Shown in pieces: positions 18,181 through 29,300 of a stretch of 37,771 nt of DNA. Numbering within the stretch: position 1 is the stretch's first letter; every line of letters begins with the position of its first letter. The translations under genes were made by a program, and so were the position numbers. Below the pieces are notes generated by a model. It was not told the origin of the DNA and did no database searches. It saw only the letters and a program-made list of their open reading frames with translations. The stretch comes from a virus (lineage: Duplodnaviria; Heunggongvirae; Uroviricota; Caudoviricetes). The stretch spans positions 1 to 37,771 of IMG/VR virus record IMGVR_UViG_3300026533_000003; one strand, written 5' to 3'.

Positions 18181-21100
18181 ATGGCAACACTACAAGACCT
18201 ATACAATAGCGAGGCATACACAAGTACTGCTTATATAGATAACCTCGCTCCAATTACTCCTACACTTTCACAACAAAAACAATCTAAACTAAACCGTAAA
18301 ACTATCGATAAGACTGCTAAGGTTGCACCTGAGTACACACAAGATGTACTAATTGGAATGCAAGATAGTGACAGCTTTAGGACAGGGCAGTTTGCTGCTA
18401 CAAGAACTAAGATACCAGGGCTAGATACCTATTACGACGGCATAGAAGGTGCTCACTACAAGGATGGTGTCCTACAAAGCGGGATAGACATACAGGGAGT
18501 AGATAAGCGTACTGGTGCTTACGGTAAGTCAGATAGAGTAATGTCCGCACAGAGAGAGTATGTGGCTTCCGTAGTAGGCAAGACAGCTGACACGGTAACA
18601 GAACAAGACTTCATTGATGTTTCTAACCAACAACAGATACAGAAGTTAGCTAACTTGGGTGGAGAGGCAGATTGGAAGGCACCGTTGATTAGAGGTGTAG
18701 AACCAACTAACCTTACAGGTACTTATAGAGATGAGAATGGTAACATAGTACAAGAGTCATTGAATGTTCCTATCCAAACTAAGAGCTTCGGTACTACTGG
18801 TAAAAGAGATTTAGTGGCCTTTGGGGATCAACAGGGGCTTGACGTAACTAGTATTGATGCCACTAATCCACAGATGAACCTGTATGCTGGTAACGTTCAG
18901 AACGAGCTTAGTGCAGGAGTACCAGCTTCAGATCCTACTAGCCCCCTTAATCAGTACTACCAGGCAGGACTGCAGGAGACTGATAATGGAGGAGCTAACG
19001 ATACTGATGGATACTTCGGTAACCTTGTAGATAACTTACAGTTCGGGTTAGGTAGAAAGGCAGCAGGTATTGCAGATGCTTTTGTTGACGCTAGCACTAG
19101 GGCTGTAATAGAAGGTGATAAGTATTTTAATGGGGTTACAGAGGAAGAGGCTGTCAAGAACATAGTAGACTCCTCGTCGTTGTTCGAAAGAGATCCTAAG
19201 ACTGGAGATTTTATAGGTTTCGATAAGTATAAGAAAGCCTCAGAGTATGGATACGATAACACTAGGGAAAACAACGCTATGAAGAGACTTGCCAAAGGTT
19301 GGGAAGAAGGGGATACTGCGGGTAAGGCTAAAGCTGTACTAGATGCTTTCCTTACAGCAGGGCCTAACTTTGTACTTAGTAGTGCTGGAGAGTTCCTTAC
19401 AGGCCCACTTAAAGGTTTTGGGCTTATGGCTAACAGTGCTGACTACGCTAACCAGATACTAGAAGATGTAAAAGGGGAAGTTACTAACGGTAGAAGAGCG
19501 GCTGCTATTACTGGCGGTTTTGGCATGGCAGTACTTAATAAGTTAGGAGCGGATGAGGCGCTAGGTAATACTAAGTTAGTACAGAAAGCTATCGGGGCAG
19601 TAATTAAGACGGGGTCAGAGAGTGCTGCTAGGAAGATGGCTAAGGATGTTGCTAAGTTAGCTTTAACTACAGTTGGTAAAGGTGCCTACGAAGGTATGGA
19701 AGAGGTTGCTCAAGAGGTAATACAGAAAGTAGTTGCTAAGTATGGCACTGATAAAGAGAAAGAGCTTTATGATGGTACACTTGGTACAGAGTTATTCCAA
19801 GCATTCGGCGCAGGTGCAGCAGCAGGTGGTAGTATAAACGTTGCTAAGGATACAGTACCAGCAGCTATTAAGCCTATTGCTAAAGCCACAGGGTACGTAG
19901 GAGGTAAGGTACTTGATGCAGGGGATAAAGTACTTGATAAGGTATTTAACAGTGGAGAGGATACTACTGACAGCAGCCAGGATGTTATTAAGGATAATCC
20001 TAATATAGACCCTACTGAGATCAGAGCAGCAGCAGAAGGACTACAGCCCTTAAACGTTAACCTTACTACAGCTAGTAAGAGTGATAATGCTAATACTAAT
20101 ATAGGGGTTGCAGATGATATTAACCCACAAGCTACAGCGGCAGTTGTAGCCAATGAGGCTATTAAGTCTCCTATACATAAGATAGTAGACCCTAAAGATA
20201 CTCCGGAAGTTTCTAAAGCTGCTGAAGAGTTCGACACAGTATTTGCTGAGATTGTTGCGGACCTTGCAGAAGGCGCTGCAGTACCAGTAGACCAGAGGGA
20301 AGAGTTCGGGCTACCTACTGATGAGGGAGAGTATGCTAACGCTTTTAAACAAGTTACAGCTGGAGCTATGGAAGATATCAATTCCGCTGTTGCTAAGTTG
20401 ACTAAGGCAGGTGCAGGGCCTAATAAGCTTAACGCAGTGGCTAGAAGGATAGAGGCACTAGTGCAGATTAAAGCAGCTAAGAACTCAGCTGACGTCAGGA
20501 AGGTTATAGAAGATGCGGGTACTGAGCAAGCAGTTAAGGTAAGAGCTATCCTAGGTAGTGCACAGTTCACTCCTAAAGAGATAGATACGTATATAGAAGA
20601 GAATGCCGAGGAGTTAGATGCTCAACAGAAGAAGCTACTAGTTGCTAAGAGTGCCATACTAAGCTCAGTTAAGAATGTTGGTAAAGAGAAGATACAAGGT
20701 GGTGGTACGTTGCCTGGTGTTAATCAGTGGATGTCAGTACTTGGACAGGATAAGACTTTAGATACTATTGCTAAGAGTAAGATAAAGAACTTCATAGGTA
20801 GCCAACGTAAGAAGCTTAGTGACTTCAAGGGCTCATTAGATGCTTGGGATATAGCTAACAAGATGCCTTGGACTTCTGAAGGGAAGGGCAACAAAGACTT
20901 CAACAGTAACATAGATTACAGTACACCAAACGCTAGAGCAGCGGCAAGGTCGTTTGCTATAAACTCTGGGAAGATGGAAGCTACCAATGAACCCGGCACA
21001 GTGGAGTACGGTGATAGCTCGTTTACAGATGTGCATAAAATAGCAGATATGGTAGAGACACTTACTGCAGAAGATAAAGCAATGCGGTTACTAGAGGATG

Positions 21101-21924
21101 CTTTTAATACATCATCAGAGGCACAGGAAGGTACCCAGGAGACACAGAAGAAGTCTACTGGTAAAAGTACTCCTGTTAAGGATACAATGCCTCCAGAGGC
21201 TTCTAAGGAAGCTATATCAGAGGGAGCTGTTAACCGTAAGGTATATGAGGCTCAAATAGCAGATCCAGAGGTCTCTAAACTTGAAGAGGCATATAAGAAA
21301 GCACCTGATGGCGAGAAATCTATAAATGCTGCTGACGCACTAACAGCTGCAATGGACAGGGTACGAGCTGAAGTAGAGGCTAGGTATGACATCATAGGTA
21401 GGGCTAAAGAAACTGCAGGGGAGAAAGAGCTTAGACTTAAATTAGAGGCTAAAAAGGAATCTCGTAAGGCCACTAAGGAAGTATTACCTACTGTAAAAGA
21501 AGTTGCTGATAAGATAGCAACAGGTAAGAAGCTTAGTGATGCAGACTTACAAGTACAGGATAACGGTGGTAAAGCTATTGAGGATATACTTAAGAAGCTA
21601 GCTGAAGCTAAAGCAGCTGAACAGAAAAAGAAGAAAGAAAGTAAACCCACAGTTGACAAAGTAGAAGAGAGTACAACTACTGATGGGTTAGAGCAGGCAC
21701 AAGCTGATGCTGACGAACAACAGAGGATGCATGAGGAAGACTTAGCTAATAAAGCTAAAGAAGCCAACACCCCTCAGAAAGTAACAGGTGTTACTAAGGT
21801 AAGTAAGGGTACTATTGCTGAAGTTAAAAAAGAAGCTAAAGATACCCTTGATGAACTTTCAGATCTAGAAGCATCATTACCTCCAGGGCTTAATAAAATA
21901 TTTAAAGAGGACTGTACAATATGA
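18181..21924 (+). CDS. Virion RNAP locus part A (equivalent to N4 vRNAP N-terminal/ejection domain)
   Basis: 1247 aa; Gly/Ala-rich amphipathic or hydrophobic segments (AAAITGGFGMAVL, FGAGAAAGG), EEVAQE motif, K/E-rich C-terminal linker; single Cys at 1245. Confidence 0.72.
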   Translation: MATLQDLYNSEAYTSTAYIDNLAPITPTLSQQKQSKLNRKTIDKTAKVAPEYTQDVLIGMQDSDSFRTGQFAATRTKIPGLDTYYDGIEGAHYKDGVLQSGIDIQGVDKRTGAYGKSDRVMSAQREYVASVVGKTADTVTEQDFIDVSNQQQIQKLANLGGEADWKAPLIRGVEPTNLTGTYRDENGNIVQESLNVPIQTKSFGTTGKRDLVAFGDQQGLDVTSIDATNPQMNLYAGNVQNELSAGVPASDPTSPLNQYYQAGLQETDNGGANDTDGYFGNLVDNLQFGLGRKAAGIADAFVDASTRAVIEGDKYFNGVTEEEAVKNIVDSSSLFERDPKTGDFIGFDKYKKASEYGYDNTRENNAMKRLAKGWEEGDTAGKAKAVLDAFLTAGPNFVLSSAGEFLTGPLKGFGLMANSADYANQILEDVKGEVTNGRRAAAITGGFGMAVLNKLGADEALGNTKLVQKAIGAVIKTGSESAARKMAKDVAKLALTTVGKGAYEGMEEVAQEVIQKVVAKYGTDKEKELYDGTLGTELFQAFGAGAAAGGSINVAKDTVPAAIKPIAKATGYVGGKVLDAGDKVLDKVFNSGEDTTDSSQDVIKDNPNIDPTEIRAAAEGLQPLNVNLTTASKSDNANTNIGVADDINPQATAAVVANEAIKSPIHKIVDPKDTPEVSKAAEEFDTVFAEIVADLAEGAAVPVDQREEFGLPTDEGEYANAFKQVTAGAMEDINSAVAKLTKAGAGPNKLNAVARRIEALVQIKAAKNSADVRKVIEDAGTEQAVKVRAILGSAQFTPKEIDTYIEENAEELDAQQKKLLVAKSAILSSVKNVGKEKIQGGGTLPGVNQWMSVLGQDKTLDTIAKSKIKNFIGSQRKKLSDFKGSLDAWDIANKMPWTSEGKGNKDFNSNIDYSTPNARAAARSFAINSGKMEATNEPGTVEYGDSSFTDVHKIADMVETLTAEDKAMRLLEDAFNTSSEAQEGTQETQKKSTGKSTPVKDTMPPEASKEAISEGAVNRKVYEAQIADPEVSKLEEAYKKAPDGEKSINAADALTAAMDRVRAEVEARYDIIGRAKETAGEKELRLKLEAKKESRKATKEVLPTVKEVADKIATGKKLSDADLQVQDNGGKAIEDILKKLAEAKAAEQKKKKESKPTVDKVEESTTTDGLEQAQADADEQQRMHEEDLANKAKEANTPQKVTGVTKVSKGTIAEVKKEAKDTLDELSDLEASLPPGLNKIFKEDCTI

Positions 21925-24900
21925 GTTGTAAACTAAGACAAATTGATGAGGCTATTGCTGTTACTAATAAGTCAGGCAGTGCTAAGAAGGCTGAGACCAT
22001 AAAGACATTAGAGAAGATGCGTGACTTAGCATTAATAGCTAACTACCAAGTTAATATTAGCTCAGTGGTTGTTGAGTCTGACAAGACAGTCGATGAGGTT
22101 ACAGCTGAGGCATTAGACAAAGACAACTATTACCAAGGTCTTGTGAAGGATGCAGAAGAGGCTAGAAAAGCTACTGACGCTTCTTATACTAAAGCTAAAG
22201 ACTCACTAGTATATAAGAGAGACGCTAAGGTTACTGATAGAGTTAAAGGTGATAGGAAGGAAGGCAAGGGAGTAGTAGATAGGGCTACAGTTAAGATTAA
22301 AGCACTCGGAGAAGAGATTGAGGAGTTACAGAGTTTTAATATTAGTTGGTACAATAAGATCCCAGGAGCTACTGAGGCAGAGAAGACGGTCTACAAGGGT
22401 AACATTGAAGGCCTTAAGACTAGAATCAAAAGTCTTAAGTTAGAGCAAGATGCCCTAATAGCTAGAAGGTCTGCTGCTGAGAGTAACAGCAGGACTAGTG
22501 CTAAGCTGTTTGATGAGGCTGAGGCTATTAAGAAGTCTAGTGCTGAGGCTCAAGCTAAAGTTACAGAGCATAGGATGACTTACTCTACAGCAGGTCAAGT
22601 TATACTGGAGACTAAAGTAGCTGGTACTAAGAATAAGAAGGCTGACTCAGAGATTGACGAAGTGTCACTAGCGGATTACTTTATAGCTTCAAATGTCAGT
22701 ATAGACTTACCAAATATGAAGGCTAGACTAGAGCAAGCTATAAACTCTAAAGAGGGAGATAGAAGCACGTACGCTGGTAACGTCGAGAAGGCAAGAGGCT
22801 GGGTAGTTGAGATGTTTGCCGGCATAAAGAAGTTTGCAAATGCACTGCCTCCAGTATTTAAGAACGAGGTAGCAGATGGCGGTGTAGAGGAAGGATACCA
22901 GAATATAGTTAGGTCTTCAACTTCGCAAGAGAGTTACAACAAGTACGGAGATACTAGAACAGAAATAAATGATACTTTAAACAAAGCAGCTTCAATAGCG
23001 TTTGTAGAGTGGGCTGCTAATATAGGTGGAGCTGCTAGGGCTAGTACTAGAAGTAACGATGACTCACTACGTATGTTGGGTAAGACTACGAAAGAGACTT
23101 TATCTACTTCAGAGAGAGATCTGCTATCACAGTTTGATGGAGTTGTTCCAGAGGCTGCTAGGATGATTGGTAGAGAAGCTATGAAGATGCTAGGACTTAA
23201 GGCTAAGGAAGGATCTACAGAGCTAGAGACTTCACAGTTCAAAGCTAAGCTAGAGATAGAGTTAGGGCTAATGGCACTGAAAGGTGCTGAGAAAGCTGGT
23301 ATTATAAAGCTTAATGATACTAAGGTAGACTTTAGTGAAGACATTAACAAGTTGCAGGAAGAGAATGCAGAAAGAGCGGCTACTAATGAAGACAATACTC
23401 TAGAAGATATTATAGCAGTTAGGCAAGGAGAATTTAGACCTGGGTATGCGATTATAACTTCAGCTATCTATGGTGACAAGACTACCGATAAAGGGACTAC
23501 AGCTACATTTAGTTTTACTAATGAAGAACACCCAATGCTTAATAGAGCAGAGAGTGCTGTCAGCGACCTTTTAACGGCACTAGGGGACACGAAGAGAACT
23601 ACAGGGTTACACTTATCACCAGAGAGTGCTGCGACTGCTAGGGACTCTATAGTGAACCAAGGTGTTAGTAATTACGTAGGAGATGTACCTGCAGTACAGA
23701 AGGATGCTATTATTAAGCAATCAGCTACAGCTAATTGGTTTGATGATGGGTACACTGAGATGTTGGATAAGGTATTAGAGGAGTCTGGTGAAGACACCTT
23801 TCTAGAGATGCTAGGGATGACTGATGAGAATGGTGCTTACGTTGAGGACAGAGCAGCTATCAGAGGTAAGAACGAGGCACTTAGGAGGTCTCTCAAGCAC
23901 CTACAAGATGCTAGAGAAGAGGTTGCTGCTTCAGGGCAGAACAATATGTGGTTTAAGTGGTACGTAGTTACTAATGGTAGATTTGGTATTAAGTCTAATA
24001 CCTTCAATATACAGGATCAGAAGCTTCATAGGAACTCAGTTAGTAATGCAGCTATTACAGTTGACACAAAACAGAAAGAAGAGTTCCTTAAGATGTCAAT
24101 GGCACAAGGCTTTGATATCAGTGTGGATAAGTTAACTAAGAAAGCTGCACTAGAGAAGTTTGATGCTTATGCTGAAGAGCTGGTACCTTATGTAGAGGCT
24201 ATTAACAATGGAGATAAGAACGCGTATACTAAGGCACTTAAGTTCGTAACTAGCTCTACAGGGGAACCAGAGCATGCAATGAGGGCACTATCAGAGTTCA
24301 TCAGTTACTATAACTGGAATGATAATGGGCGTAAAGGTAAGCTTATATCAGGAATGACATTAGAGACAGACGCTATTACTTCAGGGTATATCCTTAAGAT
24401 TATGCAAATGCCTATATTCTTAAAAGAAGATGGGACTATAGATATGGAGAAGGTCAAGCTACAGTTAGAGAAAGGTGGGGTATTTGACCATACTACTGAT
24501 GCTGATGGTAAGATGACTAACCCTACCTATGGTGAGTGGAAGATGAATAAAGAGAATAAGGATTCATACGAGACTGCTGGTAAGGCTTTCGGCGAGGAGC
24601 TAGCTAAGGCTACAGAGCCAGAGAATATGGTGTTTAGACTTGGTAAGGAGCACGGTAAGAAGAAGTATAGTGACCTCACAACTAAGCAGCAGACTTTTCT
24701 AGCTAAGATAGCAGAAGAGGATAAAGTCAAGACTCAGGCTATTATGGCTTTACTTGGGGAAGGTAATGTAGTTGACGGCTTTATAGCTATATCTAGGGCT
24801 TTTATGAAGAACCCTTTTATGATATTTAACTACGGTTCAGCTATTAGTTCTATCGTTAATGCTGAGGCGTCTAAGACTACTGAGAACATCTTTAAGAGGA

Positions 24901-26375
24901 TGACAGCTATTGGTAGAGAGGAAGACAACACGTCTCACACAGAGATTATCAATGCACTAAAAGCATCAGAGTACCAGCTCAGCAAGGATTTAGAAATAGA
25001 CCAGAAGGCAGCTAAGACCATTATTAATGGGCAGTTAGTAAACTTAGAGAAGGCTATTGAGGAAGGCGGTGATAAGGTATTAGAGCTGAAGTTCGATAAG
25101 AGAGTACTTGCAGCAGTTGAGGCCACAGCAAGGAATGTTATTAGTAAACCACTTACAGCTACATTTAAAAGTGAATATAGTGAGTATATGGAGGCCGGTA
25201 AGACTATTAATACGTCTATGGCAGTAATGGCTAAGGTAGCACTAAGAGCTCTTGATAAGAGGATACTAGAGGAAGTAGCTAAGAAGAATAAGGACAATAC
25301 AGGTAGAGATGCTAGATTAAGTCCTAAAGAGATTGATGCTTTAGTATTAGGTATGAGAGACGAGTTCCCAGTGCTTAACATGCCTTTAGGGGATGGGGAT
25401 GCTAGTAAGATTCTACTGATGAAGACAGCCCAAGGAAGTTATACACCAGATCATGAGTATAACGTTGAAGCTAGATCAGGGTTTAAAGACTTTAAGGGTG
25501 AGAGTAGTATGTACAAGCTAGTAGAGAGCTTTACTAGTGGTGCAGTTATCCCTATCCACTTTATGGATGGGTCTATTCAGTCAAGAGTTCTATCAATGTT
25601 CACAGCTTTAGGAGTACATGATGCTAACTTATTCAACTTGGAGAATATGGTTGAAGGTACTAAGGAGTACAACAAGGCTGCTATCGAGTTGGCTAAGAGT
25701 TACTCACTGTCTACAGAGGTAATGAATAGCTTTGTTGATACCCTTAATAAGGCTACTGCTGAGGACTTAGCAGCTATAGATACAATACACATGGAGCAGT
25801 TTATACGAAATATTGGTAAGTTTGAAGAAGGTTCTACTTACACAAATACTAAGTTGATAGATAAATCTATACAGAGACTTAAAAATAAACTAGGAGAGCT
25901 GACTGCAGAAGGTATCTTAGGTATAGAGGTTAAGGGTACTAGTAAGTCTGATAATTTTGTTAGAGATATACAGGCTGAGTTAGAGACTAAGTCTCCCACT
26001 ACTATAAGTGAAGCGTTTAGTACTGTTAAGAAACTGCAGGAGACTAGCGAAGAAGGTAGGTATCAGCTATTTAATAACAATGTGCAGTACATAGAACATA
26101 GTGCACTAGAAGGGGCTGGATATGTTACACCTGCCGAGGCTTACAGTAAGAAGGTGCCTAAAGAACTAGTTAGCAGTACCAGTAACTACTTAGGTACACC
26201 AACTGAAGGCACAGCCACTAAAGTAGCCACACAGTCACCACTTGACAATATAGAGGAAAACAGTAATAATACTGTAACTGAAACAGAAACCTCTAAGCAC
26301 TTAACACCTGATGAAATGCAATCTATGAAGGATGCTAACAAGAAGGCTGGAGAGAAGATCTGTAAGACTAAATAG
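21921..26375 (+). CDS. Virion-encapsidated single-subunit RNA polymerase, catalytic part B (N4 mini-vRNAP-like)
   Basis: 1484 aa; T/DxxGR-like TNGRF (~23970), motif A ETDAITSG (Asp codon 24369), motif B R-x3-K-x7-YG (RAFMKNPFMIFNYGS, 24795-24839), motif C GVHDA (Asp codon 25620). Confidence 0.9.
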   Translation: MSCKLRQIDEAIAVTNKSGSAKKAETIKTLEKMRDLALIANYQVNISSVVVESDKTVDEVTAEALDKDNYYQGLVKDAEEARKATDASYTKAKDSLVYKRDAKVTDRVKGDRKEGKGVVDRATVKIKALGEEIEELQSFNISWYNKIPGATEAEKTVYKGNIEGLKTRIKSLKLEQDALIARRSAAESNSRTSAKLFDEAEAIKKSSAEAQAKVTEHRMTYSTAGQVILETKVAGTKNKKADSEIDEVSLADYFIASNVSIDLPNMKARLEQAINSKEGDRSTYAGNVEKARGWVVEMFAGIKKFANALPPVFKNEVADGGVEEGYQNIVRSSTSQESYNKYGDTRTEINDTLNKAASIAFVEWAANIGGAARASTRSNDDSLRMLGKTTKETLSTSERDLLSQFDGVVPEAARMIGREAMKMLGLKAKEGSTELETSQFKAKLEIELGLMALKGAEKAGIIKLNDTKVDFSEDINKLQEENAERAATNEDNTLEDIIAVRQGEFRPGYAIITSAIYGDKTTDKGTTATFSFTNEEHPMLNRAESAVSDLLTALGDTKRTTGLHLSPESAATARDSIVNQGVSNYVGDVPAVQKDAIIKQSATANWFDDGYTEMLDKVLEESGEDTFLEMLGMTDENGAYVEDRAAIRGKNEALRRSLKHLQDAREEVAASGQNNMWFKWYVVTNGRFGIKSNTFNIQDQKLHRNSVSNAAITVDTKQKEEFLKMSMAQGFDISVDKLTKKAALEKFDAYAEELVPYVEAINNGDKNAYTKALKFVTSSTGEPEHAMRALSEFISYYNWNDNGRKGKLISGMTLETDAITSGYILKIMQMPIFLKEDGTIDMEKVKLQLEKGGVFDHTTDADGKMTNPTYGEWKMNKENKDSYETAGKAFGEELAKATEPENMVFRLGKEHGKKKYSDLTTKQQTFLAKIAEEDKVKTQAIMALLGEGNVVDGFIAISRAFMKNPFMIFNYGSAISSIVNAEASKTTENIFKRMTAIGREEDNTSHTEIINALKASEYQLSKDLEIDQKAAKTIINGQLVNLEKAIEEGGDKVLELKFDKRVLAAVEATARNVISKPLTATFKSEYSEYMEAGKTINTSMAVMAKVALRALDKRILEEVAKKNKDNTGRDARLSPKEIDALVLGMRDEFPVLNMPLGDGDASKILLMKTAQGSYTPDHEYNVEARSGFKDFKGESSMYKLVESFTSGAVIPIHFMDGSIQSRVLSMFTALGVHDANLFNLENMVEGTKEYNKAAIELAKSYSLSTEVMNSFVDTLNKATAEDLAAIDTIHMEQFIRNIGKFEEGSTYTNTKLIDKSIQRLKNKLGELTAEGILGIEVKGTSKSDNFVRDIQAELETKSPTTISEAFSTVKKLQETSEEGRYQLFNNNVQYIEHSALEGAGYVTPAEAYSKKVPKELVSSTSNYLGTPTEGTATKVATQSPLDNIEENSNNTVTETETSKHLTPDEMQSMKDANKKAGEKICKTK

Positions 26376-26383
26376 GAGTTTGT

Positions 26384-29300
26384 ATGGCTTGTAACAAGAC
26401 TGCGATAATTAAAGATATTGAGAAGAGAATAGCTAGGACACTTAAGGCTAAGAATACTGGCATGAGTAACGATGAGATAAGAGCCGTTGCTAAGGCTGAC
26501 GCTCCTAAGATGTTCAGAGAGATGCAAGAAGAGCAGATGGGTGATGCAGCTGACGCTAAAGAACTCAGTAAGCCAGAGATACAGAAGCTTAATGCAGCTA
26601 GACCACACGTAAAGCACACTAATGGTAACACTTACGTACCGGTAACAGTAGTAGGCAGAGCTAGTGATGGCAAGATTAACTACACATACCCTAATGGTGA
26701 TAAGGCCTACCCTATTGCTACAGATAAGGTCTTGCTTAAGGCAGGGCCACACGATACTGCAGCTTCGCAGATCGTAGATACAATCCCTTTATATAGTATC
26801 AGTACAGCTGCAGCCAATGGTGCTAGCAAGGATACTAATAGCGATAGAACAGTCACGATTAGTAAGGCAGTAACAGAGGCTAGAGCTAGGTATACAGCAG
26901 ACCCAAGTACAGATAATGCTAACCACTTAGCTAACGTAGAGGCTCTTAATGGATTAAGGAACTCATTTGGAAAAACTATAGCAAAGGGAGTTAGCCCTAG
27001 GAAGTTACAGAGTGCTAAAGACGCAGGAACTAAGGATGAGATAGAAGACTTCTACTTTGATGAAGATGGCAGTATGAGCAAGAGTGAGAATATAAACGCA
27101 GCCCTTACAGAGTGGGATAAGAAGAAGTACGGAGAGAACTTTGATGTAGAGCACAGCAAGGAACTAGGCGCTACTCTAGAAGCTATGGTTAACGCTATAG
27201 AAGATCTTAATAAGGCTGACGTTAGTATAACAGAGGCACAGCTTAGTAGTAGAGCAGCTAAAGGTGAATATTCTCCATTTGATAATACTATAGAGATACA
27301 TGTAGATTCTAGACATAATGGCGAGTTCTTTAGGCAGAGGTTCACACAGACAGCCCAAGAGGTTTATGTGCACGAGTTAGTACATGCTGCTACAGAGTTT
27401 ATCTTTGATGGTAGTAGGGAAGTACAGAGAGATCCTACTATAGCTGGTATGGTAGCCTCAGTTAAAGAGTTATATAGCTCAGCTAGGAAGGGATTAACTA
27501 GTTACGAAGGGTTGCTACCAGGGTATACAGATGGCAGCACTACTTATAGTGAGTACGAGGTAGCACAGGCTAAAGAGAAGTATGATTATATCTTCAATAA
27601 TAAAGAAGGTGTAGGGCTGGAAGAGTTCATGTCACACTTGCTTACTAATAAGCAGTTTAGACTTGCTATGAGTAATATCGATGCGATTAGTAAGGCTACT
27701 AAGGATGAAGATGCAGGGCTAATAGATAAGATTATAAATGGCTTTAAGGATTTCTTAGGAAGGTTAGTAGGGTTTACTACACATAAGAAGAATGCAAGTA
27801 TTACAGAGGCTGGTACAGATTTGTTATTTAAGGTAATGAAGGCACATAGTGATAATGCGATGAAGGTTGCTAGTAAACACCCTGCAAGAGTTGCTGAGAG
27901 AGCTACAGAGTACCTGGATGGAGTTCTAAACAAGAGTGATGAGAAGTTGGCAGGAGTTGCAGACACAGTAATTAGCACTGCAATGTTTGAGGGCACTGCT
28001 AGTAAGGTTGAGTACTATAAGCAATTAGCTGAAGATGTACAACGAGTTAAGGACAGTAAGGTTACAGACCCTAAGGAAGTTGAGAAGATTAAGAAGGCTA
28101 ATGAAGAGAAGATTGCTGAGAAGGAAAAACTCTTCAATGATATAGGTAAGCTATTAGGTAAGGTACCAGATAGGAATAGTAAAGAGTATAGGTCGTTAGT
28201 GGGTAAGTATATAGGGCTTGGTATTACTGCTGCAGGTATGCTTAAAGATCTATTTATATACGCTAGGATGCTTAATAAGTTACGAAAGTTAAAAGAGATA
28301 GACCCTAAAGGGTATGCACAGCGAATGGCTAAGCTTGACGGGTTTATTAAGAGAGTTGAGAAGAATGTTATAGCTAAGATACTTAAGGACTTTAGTACTA
28401 AGGATTTAACGTACAGTACTATGACTGATGCTATTTTGAAGTTAACACATGATGTTGATGCTATGAGAGAGAGTAATTATGAGGATGTACTAGGAGCTAG
28501 TAAGGAATGGTTTGGCAGGATTGAGGTTAATGGTGAGGCCTTTAGGAAGCAGAACGATGCCCTTAGCGACACGATCTTACGCACAGACATACAAAGCCTA
28601 GGGGTAGATTCTAAAGGGCTCCTAGAGCTTCTAGAGGACTCTGGTAAGGTGTACTCAGAGATTAAGGCATTGGCTAAGGTTATTAAAGATAAAGGGATGC
28701 TGGAGGATGCATTATTAGCAGCAGAGGCTATGGCAAGTGGTGGTGGATTGATAACAAATCCTACTAATATTGCTAGTGGCTTTGGTAGGGCTATTCAGTC
28801 ACCAGATCCTAAGATTGTTAAGGCCTTAGATAGATATATATCTTTAAAGGCTTTAGAACTTACTAGTAGTGAAGTTAAGAAGACTGCTGCTGATTTTATA
28901 AGTGGTAGGGATTATAAGAGAATTAGTGAGAGTAAATTAAGTAAGGCTGGTAAGAAGCTAAAGCTCATTAAAGGTAAAGAACCTATGACTCAGGATGAGT
29001 ACACAGCACAAGTACAGGAGGGGGTTAATAGCTTCCTTCAGCACTCAGAAGGTACTGATGCTAGATCTAAGGAAGAGATGACAGGAGAAGAACATAACCT
29101 TATTAAAGGATATATGAAAGAATCTTTTGATACTGGCAATGAGCTAGTGATTGTGCCACTTAGAGAGAGAGTTGACTTAGAGAAAGAAGGATATAAGTAC
29201 GTAAGGGATGTTAAAGAGCATAGGGAAGGTGCAGAGCCGTATGCAATCTTTACACGTAGAGACGGTAAGACTTCTAGAGCTAATGGAGCTATAGGACTGC

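Noticed and set aside
21913-26392. vRNAP split as a sequencing frameshift or programmed frameshift/readthrough
   Set aside because: Both junctions have proper coupling signals (ATGA overlap; TAGGAG RBS) and matching Met-x-Cys starts; no slippery heptamer is evident.
21913-26392. Split inteins explaining the terminal cysteines
   Set aside because: No intein block motifs and no C-terminal His-Asn; the Cys lie 3-4 residues from the termini with no Hint-domain-sized segments.
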